Below are positions 51,709-60,991 of a stretch of 64,000 nt of DNA, in pieces. The DNA comes from Candidatus Poribacteria bacterium. GTDB lineage: Bacteria > Poribacteria > WGA-4E > PCPOR2b. The stretch is from positions 5,344,001 to 5,408,000 of the forward strand of contig OZ244587.1 in NCBI GenBank assembly GCA_965218095.1, given 5' to 3'. The translations under genes were made by a program, and so were the position numbers. Each line of letters opens with the position of its first letter. Positions within the stretch are counted from its first letter, which is position 1. The notes under the pieces were generated by a model. The model had not been told where the DNA came from. It ran no database searches and saw only the letters and a list, made by a program, of their open reading frames with translations.

Positions 51709-52593
51709 CTAATGTAAGATTACACCAATCTCTCGCCCCACATGCCGGATATATTGCTGAGCGGCAATGGTGTCTGGCTCCGAGAAGTGTTCCACATTCA
51801 CCGTGACATCGTGTTCTAGTTCATCTAGCCGTCGAAGGATCGTCGCATAGTCCATACCGCCTTTTCCCGGAGGCGTTTCGTCTACGCGACTGATAATGCT
51901 TATGGGCCGGGCTGACCACATCGTCACATCTTTCGCGTGGAGTGCGGTGATTTTATCCCCCAGCTCATCGAAAATCTGATTCACCAGCTCCGTGGTTCTG
52001 AAGAACATCTGGGGCCATGTGAGATTCACAGGATCCATCAGCGCCTTCAGTCGAGGTGAGGGAACTGCCTCAAAAAGCGCTTTGTACCGCTCCACAGAGC
52101 CGAGCGGGGTGATAATGTGGGGGTGCATGGCAATGTCCATCTGAAACGCCTCGGCAGAAGGGATTAATTCCTCTACGGCAGCGATGCATCGCCGCCACGT
52201 CTCCTCAGACCACATTTGGGGCGTGGTTTCATCACGCTCGGCGAAAGTTTTTGGTAATTCTTCATTCCAAATGCCTCCGTCGAGGATCGCGACGCCGGCG
52301 CAGTGGGCGCCTAAGATGTGAGCATGGCGCAGTTGACGGCGATGGTGTTCGAGGGCTGCTTGGTAATCGTCCGCCTCCGCCGAGCCAAACCCGTTGTGGA
52401 ACCCACTAAACTCACCGACCCGGATGCCGTGGTCATCGAGGAACCGCTTAGCTTCCTCAACATCCGCATCGCTCCAGTCGGCAGGTGTGGACATGGAAAC
52501 GGTTTTCACCTCCATGATTCCGGCTTTGCGGAGGAACGCCTTCCGCTCCCGTGTCGTCTTTCCTAGACGTATGGCGGGACTCATCAGAATCAT
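51709..52593 (-). CDS. Sugar-phosphate isomerase/epimerase family TIM-barrel protein (paralog of 48106-48999)
   Basis: Long identical stretches with 48106-48999 (IMEVKTVSMSTPADWSDADVEEAKRFLDDHGIRVGEFSGFHNGFGSA). Confidence 0.85.
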   Translation of the reverse strand: MILMSPAIRLGKTTRERKAFLRKAGIMEVKTVSMSTPADWSDADVEEAKRFLDDHGIRVGEFSGFHNGFGSAEADDYQAALEHHRRQLRHAHILGAHCAGVAILDGGIWNEELPKTFAERDETTPQMWSEETWRRCIAAVEELIPSAEAFQMDIAMHPHIITPLGSVERYKALFEAVPSPRLKALMDPVNLTWPQMFFRTTELVNQIFDELGDKITALHAKDVTMWSARPISIISRVDETPPGKGGMDYATILRRLDELEHDVTVNVEHFSEPDTIAAQQYIRHVGREIGVILH

Positions 52594-52829
52594 CTGACTC
52601 CTCCTAATCCGTTAAGGTTTGTGGAGTACGCCAACGAGATCGGGCATCTACAGTTTGAGCAGTTTGAGCGCAACTGCTTGCATCCCGATCTATCGGGGCG
52701 AACATACCAAGAATCGGGAGTAGAGACACGATGTGTCGCATCCCTACTGGTTGTCCCCCTTTTGAAAAGGTGGCTTTGCACTCCGAATGAAATGTGAATG
52801 TTAGGTACTAGACTTAAACGAAAACTGGC

Positions 52830-52893
52830 AAAAAAAAAGCCTCCTGATGCCGATAGAAGGTGTTACTCTATTCAATCATGAACATCAGGAGGC
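52830..52893 (-). terminator. Rho-independent terminator-like hairpin
   Basis: 11-bp stem gcctcctgatg/catcaggaggc followed on the minus strand by a T9 tract. Confidence 0.7.
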
Positions 52894-52992
52894 GGATTCT
52901 GAATTAAATAACGATTAAGGGGCACTAAGCAAATTCCCGCATGAAGTCTAATAACCCATCTCAATGCTGCCCCGAGCGGTTGTTAATTCACG

Positions 52993-53113
52993 TTTGGGAC
53001 TCACCGCGAGCGGTTTGAGGGGCGCGATAGATTCAATGAGTATAGTCCTTCTTGATGCTACCCCAGGTGGTTGATAATTTACTTTTGGGACTCACCGCGA
53101 GCGGTTTGAGGGG
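52993..53113. repeat. Identical 30-bp direct repeats (52993-53022 and 53084-53113)
   Basis: tttgggactcaccgcgagcggtttgagggg occurs twice. Confidence 0.85.
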
Positions 53114-53833
53114 AGCATCGGATGGAACAAATTTAGCCTTCCTCAGGAGACCATGGTTTGCGAACTGCGATTCATCATTCGCGATTCTTCCCTCTCCTTC
53201 ATTAAAATGATAGAGAATTATCGTATTATCATCAGCCTCGAATTCTCTTTCTTGTATCGGATAATCCTTGCCAACATATCTGGCGCTGTCAGATAGGCGG
53301 ACTTCGTCAATAATTCCTTCAAATGGCGCAGTCCACCGTACAACATGGCCAACCGTATACGGATGAACAACTGACTTAATCGGTCCTCCGTTGGCCTCCG
53401 CAAAGTCAAGTTTACCATCAACGTGGGTGTACATATTTTCCCCGTCCATGCTGGTAGCAACATGGTGCCAATTGTTCATTGTGACCTTTGCATTACCTTT
53501 CCAGGCCCAGAACCCATTTGCGCCTGTGCCCCAGACCGCGCCTTTATAGATTAGGCCTTCAGACACTTGCGTTTGATAGGAGTCCTGTCTCCCGACGACG
53601 CAAGCGTGGCTGTTGAAGGTGTTTTTTGCTTCCGTTATAAAAATCCAGGCCTCCATTGTTATTCCGTCCACAATAGAGGCGATACTTCCACTGTGCTGTG
53701 CAATGACCATATTATCATCGTTGTCGTTGTTGAATTCAACAGCAAATTGTGGTGGCGCAGCGAATGCACCCCCGGCAATTATGAGTGAAAGCACAAGGGT
53801 TAAGGTTATGCTCAATAAACAGTTTGTGCGCAT
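53033..53833 (-). CDS. Secreted LamG/concanavalin A-like domain protein
   Basis: Signal peptide; ITMEAWI, NNWHHVA, VDGKL, FEGIIDEVRLSD, YHFNEGEG; C-terminal LAVSPKSKLSTTWGSIK. Confidence 0.88.
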   Translation of the reverse strand: MRTNCLLSITLTLVLSLIIAGGAFAAPPQFAVEFNNDNDDNMVIAQHSGSIASIVDGITMEAWIFITEAKNTFNSHACVVGRQDSYQTQVSEGLIYKGAVWGTGANGFWAWKGNAKVTMNNWHHVATSMDGENMYTHVDGKLDFAEANGGPIKSVVHPYTVGHVVRWTAPFEGIIDEVRLSDSARYVGKDYPIQEREFEADDNTIILYHFNEGEGRIANDESQFANHGLLRKAKFVPSDAPLKPLAVSPKSKLSTTWGSIKKDYTH

Positions 53834-53946
53834 TTTCTATATCCCTTTCTAAATGTAGTTAAGAGTTGTTGGTAATAAGTTGTGAAGTTGACATGGTTTA
53901 GGGAAGTTAAATTAACGCTTAGTGCCCCTTAATCCAAAATCCGTCA

Positions 53947-53976
53947 AGTGTAACATATTTTTTCCCTTGATGTCAA
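53947..53976 (-). promoter_or_regulatory. Putative sigma70 promoter reading into the LamG cassette
   Basis: TTGACA (53976-53971)-18 bp-TACACT (53952-53947), with extended -10 TG. Confidence 0.55.
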
Positions 53977-54001
53977 CCCCGATTTGTGAATTTTGGAAGT
54001 G

Positions 54002-55942
54002 CTATTCAGGCTCATCCGCGTCGGATTCGGATTTAGGGGATGAATCACCCTTGGCAGGAGGTTCGCCTTTAGCCTCCTCCCTTTCCTTCGGCGTTTCGGG
54101 AATTCGATCCACAAAGGTTTTGACCTTCGCTCGTGCGCGGAGTTGGGCGAGCCAACCGTTTCTGAGAGCGTCACGCCTCTCATCTTCAGCGACGATTTCC
54201 ACACGTCGGCGGACATCTGCATCCTCAAACGTCTGTTGGTGCTCCGGTTTATGGTCCTCCTTGCGAAAGATCATGTAATACTCCTGATTGTCGATTTCGA
54301 CGGTAAAGACCTCCTCGTTCATCTGTCCGACGTCTAGCGCAAACGCCGCATCACCCAAAGGTTGTGCCGCTTGTGAAAGGGAATGGCGAGCAAAGTAGCC
54401 GGTATCGCCGGGGTTTTCGGGATTTGACCCAGGCTCTTTCAATTCTCCTTCGTCCGACAGTGTTTTGGCAATCTCAGTGATGTCTTCCCCATCCTTAATC
54501 CGCTGAAAGACCTCCTTCGCTCGGTCCTCGTTTATGAGAGAAATGCATGTGAGACGCACCTTCTCCGGTTCAAGATAATCATTCTTATGCGCTTCATAGT
54601 AAAGCCTGTAGTCTGCCTCGGCCAACTTGAGTTTCTGATCGATTTCAAGCTCTGTAATCTTATCGACCATTAATTCGTGGAGATAATCTTGTGCCGCCTT
54701 CACAACTTCAGATTCTTCATTAAGCTTCCGATCTTTGGCGAGGCAAAGTATCAAACGACTCTCTGCCATGAGGTTCATATATTCCTCAAGTCCCGCTTTA
54801 TCTTTATACTGTTTTTGTTCGTACTTAGAGAGTTCGCTAATTTCCTGTTGCATTTCCTCAAGTGTGATTTGATGTTTTCCGTCCCATTCAAATTCAACGA
54901 TTACAGTTCCATCAGCTTCACCGGATTCAGCTCCCATTTTTCCCGCCTCAGATTTCTCTACCGCTGCGTCTTTCTCGGGTGACGGTTCGGGGATGCGATC
55001 CGGATAGATTTTGAGCTTGCCAGCCTTGCTGACCTCTTCCATCCATTCGGTAAAGCGCTGGCGTTTCTTTTTACTCTCTACTTTCCACTCGATGTCATTC
55101 TTGACCTCATCAAAGGACTGTTGGTATTGAGGTATGTGCTCCTCTTTGCGAAAGATCATATAATAAGTCTGAGCCCTAACTTCGATTTCAAAAACCTCTT
55201 CGGTCATTTCGCCAATTTCCTGTTCAAAGACCGTGTCGACAAACTTCTGCCAACTGGTATAAACGGATCGGGTAAAGGGGGAGGTTGTACCTGGATCATC
55301 TCTGCGGGAACCGGGCCCCGTCAGTTCTCCATTTTCCGACAGTTCCTTCGCCATCTCAATGATGTCTTTCCCGTCTTGAATCTGCGCTAAGGCTTCTTGT
55401 GCGCGATCTCTATCTGTGAGGCAGATGACAGTCGCCCGCACTTTTTCTTCTTCCACATACTCTTCTTTGTGTGTCTCGTAATACTGTCTGAGATCCGCCT
55501 CTGTATAGGAGAATTTCTCATCGACTTCCATTTTTGTCAAGCGTTTGATCATCAGTTGGTACTCAATTTCTTCTACTGTCTTGAGCAATGCCTCGTTTTT
55601 ATCAAATTCCTTCTCGAAGGCAGCAAGGAGTTTCAGTTTTTCATCGATGAGTTCCTCAAGATATTCCGCTTGACCTTCTTTGGAGGCGTAGTTTTCTTGG
55701 CGATACCTCGACAGTTTTCCAATCGCTGCCTTGAGTGCTGCAAGCGAAATCTGGTGTGTGCTGTCCCACTCATATTGAGCCACAATAATCTGGCTCTCGT
55801 CCACAGGTCCGGTGGTGTCCCGCGAACCTCGATGCTTCATCGGGATCCAATCGGACTCCACTCCAACTTGCGACTGGACAATCTGCCAAGCGGTTAAACC
55901 AATTGCCGCGATGACAATTAAAATCATCAACGTTTTTTGCAT
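54002..55942 (-). CDS. PpiC-type peptidyl-prolyl isomerase / foldase with two duplicated modules
   Basis: N-terminal TM/signal; two copies of (EWD..HQI.L...YE.HK..Y.E.EKVR.T.I.L...DRA...I.DG.DI.E.AK.LS..GEL..PGS...YYMIFRKE.H.P..QQ.F). Confidence 0.8.
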   Translation of the reverse strand: MQKTLMILIVIAAIGLTAWQIVQSQVGVESDWIPMKHRGSRDTTGPVDESQIIVAQYEWDSTHQISLAALKAAIGKLSRYRQENYASKEGQAEYLEELIDEKLKLLAAFEKEFDKNEALLKTVEEIEYQLMIKRLTKMEVDEKFSYTEADLRQYYETHKEEYVEEEKVRATVICLTDRDRAQEALAQIQDGKDIIEMAKELSENGELTGPGSRRDDPGTTSPFTRSVYTSWQKFVDTVFEQEIGEMTEEVFEIEVRAQTYYMIFRKEEHIPQYQQSFDEVKNDIEWKVESKKKRQRFTEWMEEVSKAGKLKIYPDRIPEPSPEKDAAVEKSEAGKMGAESGEADGTVIVEFEWDGKHQITLEEMQQEISELSKYEQKQYKDKAGLEEYMNLMAESRLILCLAKDRKLNEESEVVKAAQDYLHELMVDKITELEIDQKLKLAEADYRLYYEAHKNDYLEPEKVRLTCISLINEDRAKEVFQRIKDGEDITEIAKTLSDEGELKEPGSNPENPGDTGYFARHSLSQAAQPLGDAAFALDVGQMNEEVFTVEIDNQEYYMIFRKEDHKPEHQQTFEDADVRRRVEIVAEDERRDALRNGWLAQLRARAKVKTFVDRIPETPKEREEAKGEPPAKGDSSPKSESDADEPE

Positions 55943-56088
55943 TATGTATTTCTCCTTTCTGTCTTAGACCTGACTTTTCGCCTCATGCTGCGATCTCACC
56001 ATCTGACAGAAACTCTGACATAATTGCCTGTGAAAGGACTTCGTTATCTCCCTCAATCATTCGTTGTTGAATCGAAAGATGACCAGTT

Positions 56089-56490
56089 TCACACCGCAAT
56101 GTGGGACAAACTCACGGGCAGACGAGCAATTACCTGATGTGTATTCTGGTCTACCTTTCCCCAAAACGCTAAGGCTGTCGTATTGGGACGGTAAACCATA
56201 ACTTCCCAGTTGCCTTTGAATCTATCGAATATCGAATGAACAACGTATTTCCCTACACCCCTGTGTCGAAACCTACGGAGGATAAAAAACTTAGCAACAT
56301 TGTAGTCTACTTGAGCATTTGTACTCATCCCATCGACGATTGCAAATCCCGCTAGTTCGTTGTCTACTCTCACAACGAAGTTTGAATTCTCCTTATCCGT
56401 AACATAGCCTTCAAATAGCCCGTTCTCTGGGTATTCGTAACCTGTCACGTCTGAACCTGCGTACTCCGAGATGTCATAGGTGAAGGAGTA
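56089..56490 (-). pseudogene. GNAT acetyltransferase, 5'-truncated or degraded
   Basis: YDISEY..., ELAGFAIV, FFILRRFRHRGVGK, GNWEV...NTTALAFW; no clear start or RBS. Confidence 0.6.
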
Positions 56491-56565
56491 CGCAAAACGG
56501 TCCTATGAGAGTAGGTGGGATACGCAAACAGCGTTTACGCACACCAACATACATGAATCAAAATG

Positions 56566-58560
56566 CTACTCGGATTTCTGATCCGATGTCCTTTGTGCTG
56601 CAACCTGCTTCTTCAACTGATTGACACGACGATGCACCGCGCGATTACGCGAGTTAGCTCTGAGAGATGCTTTCCATAACGCCATTGCCTCATCCACATT
56701 CCCCTGTGAGACGTAGTATTCACCCAGCGCGATGGGCGCCGCAGCAGAACTCGGATCTTTTTCTATCGACGCCTTGAAGTCAGCGATTGCGGTATCCGTA
56801 TCTCCTCTGAGCAAAGCAAGTTGCCCATGTCCGTAGGGTATCAGCGGATGATCGGGATATTCGGCGGCGAGCGCGTCTATAATCTCTCGCGCCTTATCTT
56901 CCATCCCGCCTTTGTAGCCAGCCATCGCCGCATGTACCCTCGCGTAGACAATCTGGTTATCGAGCATCCGTCTTTCAGCTTCGGCGACATTTTTTTTCTG
57001 TCGTTGGGCAATGCGCGCAGCTACCTCGTATTTTGACTTTGCCCAGCCGTAGTTGCGATATTTATAACAGATATCTCCCAGCTCTTTTTCACCCGCATAG
57101 ACATCGCCTTTCCCATCGACAATATCCTGGAGAATTCCGGCTCTCTCGCTTTCTTTCAGTTGGTAGTGGAGCACTTCGGCGAGGCTCTGGAGGGCGTCAA
57201 TGTAGTCCGTTTTCACAGCAACAGTGCGTTCAAAGGACTCAACTGCTTTGTGCGGCTGGCCCATTTTTTTGTAGGCTAATCCTATTTTCCAATAGATTTC
57301 CGGGTCTTTGGTTCGGTTGAATCCCACGACAGAGTTATAGGTCTCAATTGCTTTTTCGTAATCTCCATCGACGTATTGATTCGTGGCGCTGGTGATGATA
57401 GCGTCAAGCACCCGTCCATCTTTTTTTATAGCATTTGTTACCATTTCGCTCGCACGCTGGTGCATTCCGAGCTTACGATAGCAAACCGCTAGACGCAGAT
57501 AACTCAGTGGCTCTATTGGTGCATTATCCCGTTTGGCGAGTTCAATTGCACGAAAGTACACCGCCCCGGCATCGCGATAGTTTTGAAAATCGAAAACCAT
57601 GTGAGCAATGTTAAGCATCATGTTGTAGTGGTAGATTTTGCCCTCACCAGGTCGGCTGCGTCTCCCAATCATCTCTTTAAAGGGTCTCATCACCCCTTTC
57701 GGGTCTACGCCGAAACCGGAGTCTGCGAATTCGATTGGGCTTCCCATTGCGCGGCTGCGCTCAACCCCACCTCGCGGCCGGTCACGTTCAAGACGCTTTG
57801 CCCGTCTTTCCATTTCGCGATTGTATGGCGTTACCGACGGATCATCCGGTTTGGGGATACTCGCTCCCATCAATCGGAGTTCTCCTTTTGCTTCTCCAAT
57901 CGATTCTTCCGTGCCTTCGATTTTGCCGTACCGCTTGACGACGGATTGGTAGGTTTGCATTGCAGCCGTTTTGTCCTTGAGGTGCACCCGCTGAATTCTG
58001 GCTTTATTGGTCAGTGCTTGTGTCGCGCGTTTGCCTTCTGGATGACGGTTTGCAACGTTGTCGTAGATTTCTGTTGCTTTCTGATAGTCCTTAGCTTCCT
58101 CATAGCTCTTTGCCAACATCAGTTGGGCATTATAGCTCAATTCAAGATGCGGAAATTTGTTCACGATGGCGTCAAAGGATTGCTGCGCCGATGGATAATC
58201 TTTTGTTTTGAAGGCGTAGACGCCCAGGTGCCAGTAGGCTTTTGCGGCTTCCTCGCTGTCGGGCGCTACAGCGATAAGGTCTCGACAAATCTGGAGTCCC
58301 TGTTGGGGGCTATTTATCTTTTCGATATATAACCTGGCGATGCCCAATTGTGCTTTACGGGCTGCCGGCGCTGTGGGTTTGGAATTGATGACCGCTTGAT
58401 ACACATCAACCGCACCTTGATAGTTCTTCTCTTGAATCAGTCTTTCCGCCTGTTTTTGTGTATTGGTTGAAAGACAAGCGTATTGGGTCATTGCTATCAT
58501 AGCAACTAAAAAGAAAATATCAGATCTGATAGCTTTCACAATGTGTCTTCTCCAAACCAT
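56566..58560 (-). CDS. Tetratricopeptide repeat protein (probable lipoprotein)
   Basis: Hydrophobic leader ending QYAC and many TPR units; start uncertain. Confidence 0.82.
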   Translation of the reverse strand: MVWRRHIVKAIRSDIFFLVAMIAMTQYACLSTNTQKQAERLIQEKNYQGAVDVYQAVINSKPTAPAARKAQLGIARLYIEKINSPQQGLQICRDLIAVAPDSEEAAKAYWHLGVYAFKTKDYPSAQQSFDAIVNKFPHLELSYNAQLMLAKSYEEAKDYQKATEIYDNVANRHPEGKRATQALTNKARIQRVHLKDKTAAMQTYQSVVKRYGKIEGTEESIGEAKGELRLMGASIPKPDDPSVTPYNREMERRAKRLERDRPRGGVERSRAMGSPIEFADSGFGVDPKGVMRPFKEMIGRRSRPGEGKIYHYNMMLNIAHMVFDFQNYRDAGAVYFRAIELAKRDNAPIEPLSYLRLAVCYRKLGMHQRASEMVTNAIKKDGRVLDAIITSATNQYVDGDYEKAIETYNSVVGFNRTKDPEIYWKIGLAYKKMGQPHKAVESFERTVAVKTDYIDALQSLAEVLHYQLKESERAGILQDIVDGKGDVYAGEKELGDICYKYRNYGWAKSKYEVAARIAQRQKKNVAEAERRMLDNQIVYARVHAAMAGYKGGMEDKAREIIDALAAEYPDHPLIPYGHGQLALLRGDTDTAIADFKASIEKDPSSAAAPIALGEYYVSQGNVDEAMALWKASLRANSRNRAVHRRVNQLKKQVAAQRTSDQKSE

Positions 58561-58569
58561 GCAAAATGA

Positions 58570-58778
58570 AACTGAACCGTTACTAGCCTGAGCTCAAGGA
58601 TGATGAGCAGTTCGCCGAGACTGTGTAAGAAGTGGGCGTATCGGTTAAAAGGGTCAGGGTCTTTGTGTAGTATTGCCTGACAGGTGTTCAATAACGAACA
58701 CGCACAACGCGAGACCGGTTATACCTGTCAGGATTTTTTCCCGACTGAGGACCAGAGGACGGGCGAAAATTGGGACAT
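58570..58778 (-). pseudogene. sdhC: Succinate dehydrogenase cytochrome b558 subunit, N-terminal remnant
   Basis: RBS AGGAG, then MSQFSPVLWSSVGKK / ILTGITGLALCVFVIEHLSGN / DPFNRYAHFLHSLGELLIILEL across two frameshifts. Confidence 0.7.
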
Positions 58779-58958
58779 ATTTTAGACTCCTCAAAAGCGT
58801 AAAATATGATGCGTAAAACGTAAAATAACACATTTGGCGACAAAAAAGCAAGATTTTTTCCCATTCACTTCCGCCTTGACCACGCTATCAGTCGTGTGAT
58901 AGCATTATGTCGGTTACGCATCAATTTCACACACAAAACCCCCAACTCGGAGTTCATC

Positions 58959-59912
58959 TTGAAAATTCTCGTTACCGGCGCTGCTGGCTTCATCGGTTCT
59001 CACCTTTGCGAAGCGTTGCTGTCTCGCGGCGATGCGGTCATCGCTCTGGACAATTTTAACGATTTTTACAACCCTGCCCGTAAGCAGGCAAACATCGCAT
59101 CGCTACAGAATTGGTCGTGCTGTATTATGGCTGAGGGAGACATCCGCGATGGAGAGGCTATCAACCACCTCTTCGCCGAACACAAACCGGAAGCGGTCGC
59201 ACACCTAGCTGCCTACGGCGCCGTGCGCTACTCCGTTGGGCGTGTCAGACTCTACACCGATGTCAACATCGTTGGTTCAATTAACCTGCTGGAAGCTGCC
59301 CGACACAATGGCGCCGGAAACTTTGTCTTTGCCTCCACTTCCTCCGTGTACGGGAACACGGAGCAATTGCCTTTCGTCGAAACCCATCCCTGCAATCACC
59401 CCCTGGCGCCCTATCCTGCTAGCAAAAAAGCGATCGAGGTCATGGGCTACACTTATCACAATCTGCACGACCTTAATTTCACAGCCTTACGTTTCTTCAA
59501 CGTTTATGGACCTCGCGGACGCCCCGATATGATGCCGTTCATAGTTACAGACCATATCGTTAATCAGCGGGAAATTGTCCTGTTCGAGGCCGGTCAAATG
59601 AAGCGTGATTGGACTTACATAGATGACATCGTTTCTGGCGTGATGGCCGCACTCGATAGGCCGTTGGGCTACGAGATCATCAACCTGGGACGGGGAGAGC
59701 CGGTCCTCATGACAGATTTTGTGGAGATTATCGAGGGGTTGGTTGGTCGTAAAGCAATTCTTTCGACGCCGCCTGCCCTGCCGAGCGAGCCGAAAATCAC
59801 TTTCGCCAATATCGACAAGGCTCGCCGCCTGTTGGGCTATAATCCGCAAACCTCCCTTACAGAGGGATTGCGGAAGTTTTGGGAATGGTATCAGGAAGTG
59901 ATTATGGATTAA
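58959..59912 (+). CDS. NAD-dependent epimerase/dehydratase (UDP-glucuronate 4-epimerase-like)
   Basis: VTGAAGFIGSH, ASTSSVYG, YPASK, RFFNVYGPRGRPDM, RDWTYIDD; TTG start after GGAG. Confidence 0.9.
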   Translation: MKILVTGAAGFIGSHLCEALLSRGDAVIALDNFNDFYNPARKQANIASLQNWSCCIMAEGDIRDGEAINHLFAEHKPEAVAHLAAYGAVRYSVGRVRLYTDVNIVGSINLLEAARHNGAGNFVFASTSSVYGNTEQLPFVETHPCNHPLAPYPASKKAIEVMGYTYHNLHDLNFTALRFFNVYGPRGRPDMMPFIVTDHIVNQREIVLFEAGQMKRDWTYIDDIVSGVMAALDRPLGYEIINLGRGEPVLMTDFVEIIEGLVGRKAILSTPPALPSEPKITFANIDKARRLLGYNPQTSLTEGLRKFWEWYQEVIMD

Positions 59913-60145
59913 ACTGGTTAGGCTTGATTCTTCCCATTATGTTCAAGATTTCTGTTAACGGAAGGAAAGGAAAAGAGTTAACTTACGCTTTATACTCTCG
60001 TTCCCTGCTCCGCATGGGAACGCCGTCAGGATGCTTCGCGTCTTTCTCATTCCCGCGTGCTGTGTGAGATGTCGCTAGGACGTTCTATATCAGCACGCGA
60101 TACATATTTCCAACACACCCATATTCTCGTTTCCATAGGAGTCCA

Positions 60146-60907
60146 TCAACTCAGTAAATTAGTGTACAGTTCCTGCTCCACACCTCGCATATCCATCTCG
60201 TATTCGATCCCCATGACCGGTGGACATGCCTGATACCAATGAATGCCGTGGAGTTTTGCCAAGTCTAGCTTCGGCAGTACAATGTCTTCGACGAGACCGC
60301 CGAGTGAATGGACGGTGTAAATGTTGACCCGATTCACTGCATCCCAGGTTGCCCCCAATCCCAGAAGACGCTCCTCCATCACCTTGGCGACATAAGCTGC
60401 TTTCTCTCGCATAGCTTCTAGGTGGGTTTCTCCTCGGCGAAGGATGCCTTCGGGGTTCAGGATGCCCTCCAAAAGCTCACCGGCACCCGCGATGATGAAG
60501 GTTGGCTGAGTCGCTTGATCACAGGGACAAACATAGGAAAAGCTGTAGAGCATCAACTCCTCTGGCGGATCTGTCAAAGGCGCCACATTTGTGCGCGCCA
60601 GTGGGTTGAGATCGCCGACATAGAGCCCCCATTCCTGCAGGACCTGGCAATACTCGCGGTTAAAGGCGATAAATCCATCCATGGTGAAAGGGGCTGGACA
60701 CCGGAGTTGAATCGCACAAAGGGCTGTCCGATTCTGTCCCTGCGCTTTCAGGTAAGCCTCAATGCGCGTAAACCCATCACGCCACGGGATATACTTTTTC
60801 AGGGTGATGTGGACAATTTCGTAACCTTGATTGGCAATGACGCCGCAGGAATATGGATCTATCCCTTTGAGAAAATGGTAATGGCCTTTGGGATTATGGA
60901 TAAGCAC
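60146..60907 (-). CDS. CnbZ-like (2-amino-5-chloromuconate deaminase) / RidA-fold-related protein
   Basis: GHYHFLKGIDPYSCGV.A..GYEIVH, LCAIQLRCPAPFT..GF..FN, NPLARTNVAP, PPVMGIEYEMD; GTG start after AAGGAGG. Confidence 0.65.
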   Translation of the reverse strand: MLIHNPKGHYHFLKGIDPYSCGVIANQGYEIVHITLKKYIPWRDGFTRIEAYLKAQGQNRTALCAIQLRCPAPFTMDGFIAFNREYCQVLQEWGLYVGDLNPLARTNVAPLTDPPEELMLYSFSYVCPCDQATQPTFIIAGAGELLEGILNPEGILRRGETHLEAMREKAAYVAKVMEERLLGLGATWDAVNRVNIYTVHSLGGLVEDIVLPKLDLAKLHGIHWYQACPPVMGIEYEMDMRGVEQELYTNLLS

Positions 60908-60991
60908 AGTTTCCTCCTTTGGGTCTCTGTAATAACCCAAGTTGCCACCTTTCACTCCAAACTCGACATTGAGTCATCATCAAACCTCAAC

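Larger units (their letters stand above)
52919..53928. mobile_element. Putative non-autonomous cassette carrying the LamG gene
   Basis: Perfect TIRs GGGGCACTAAGC / GCTTAGTGCCCC, with TTAA on both sides. Confidence 0.55.

Noticed and set aside
52960-53113. DGR template/variable repeat pair
   Set aside because: Mismatches are not confined to adenines, the repeat is short, and no reverse transcriptase is in the window
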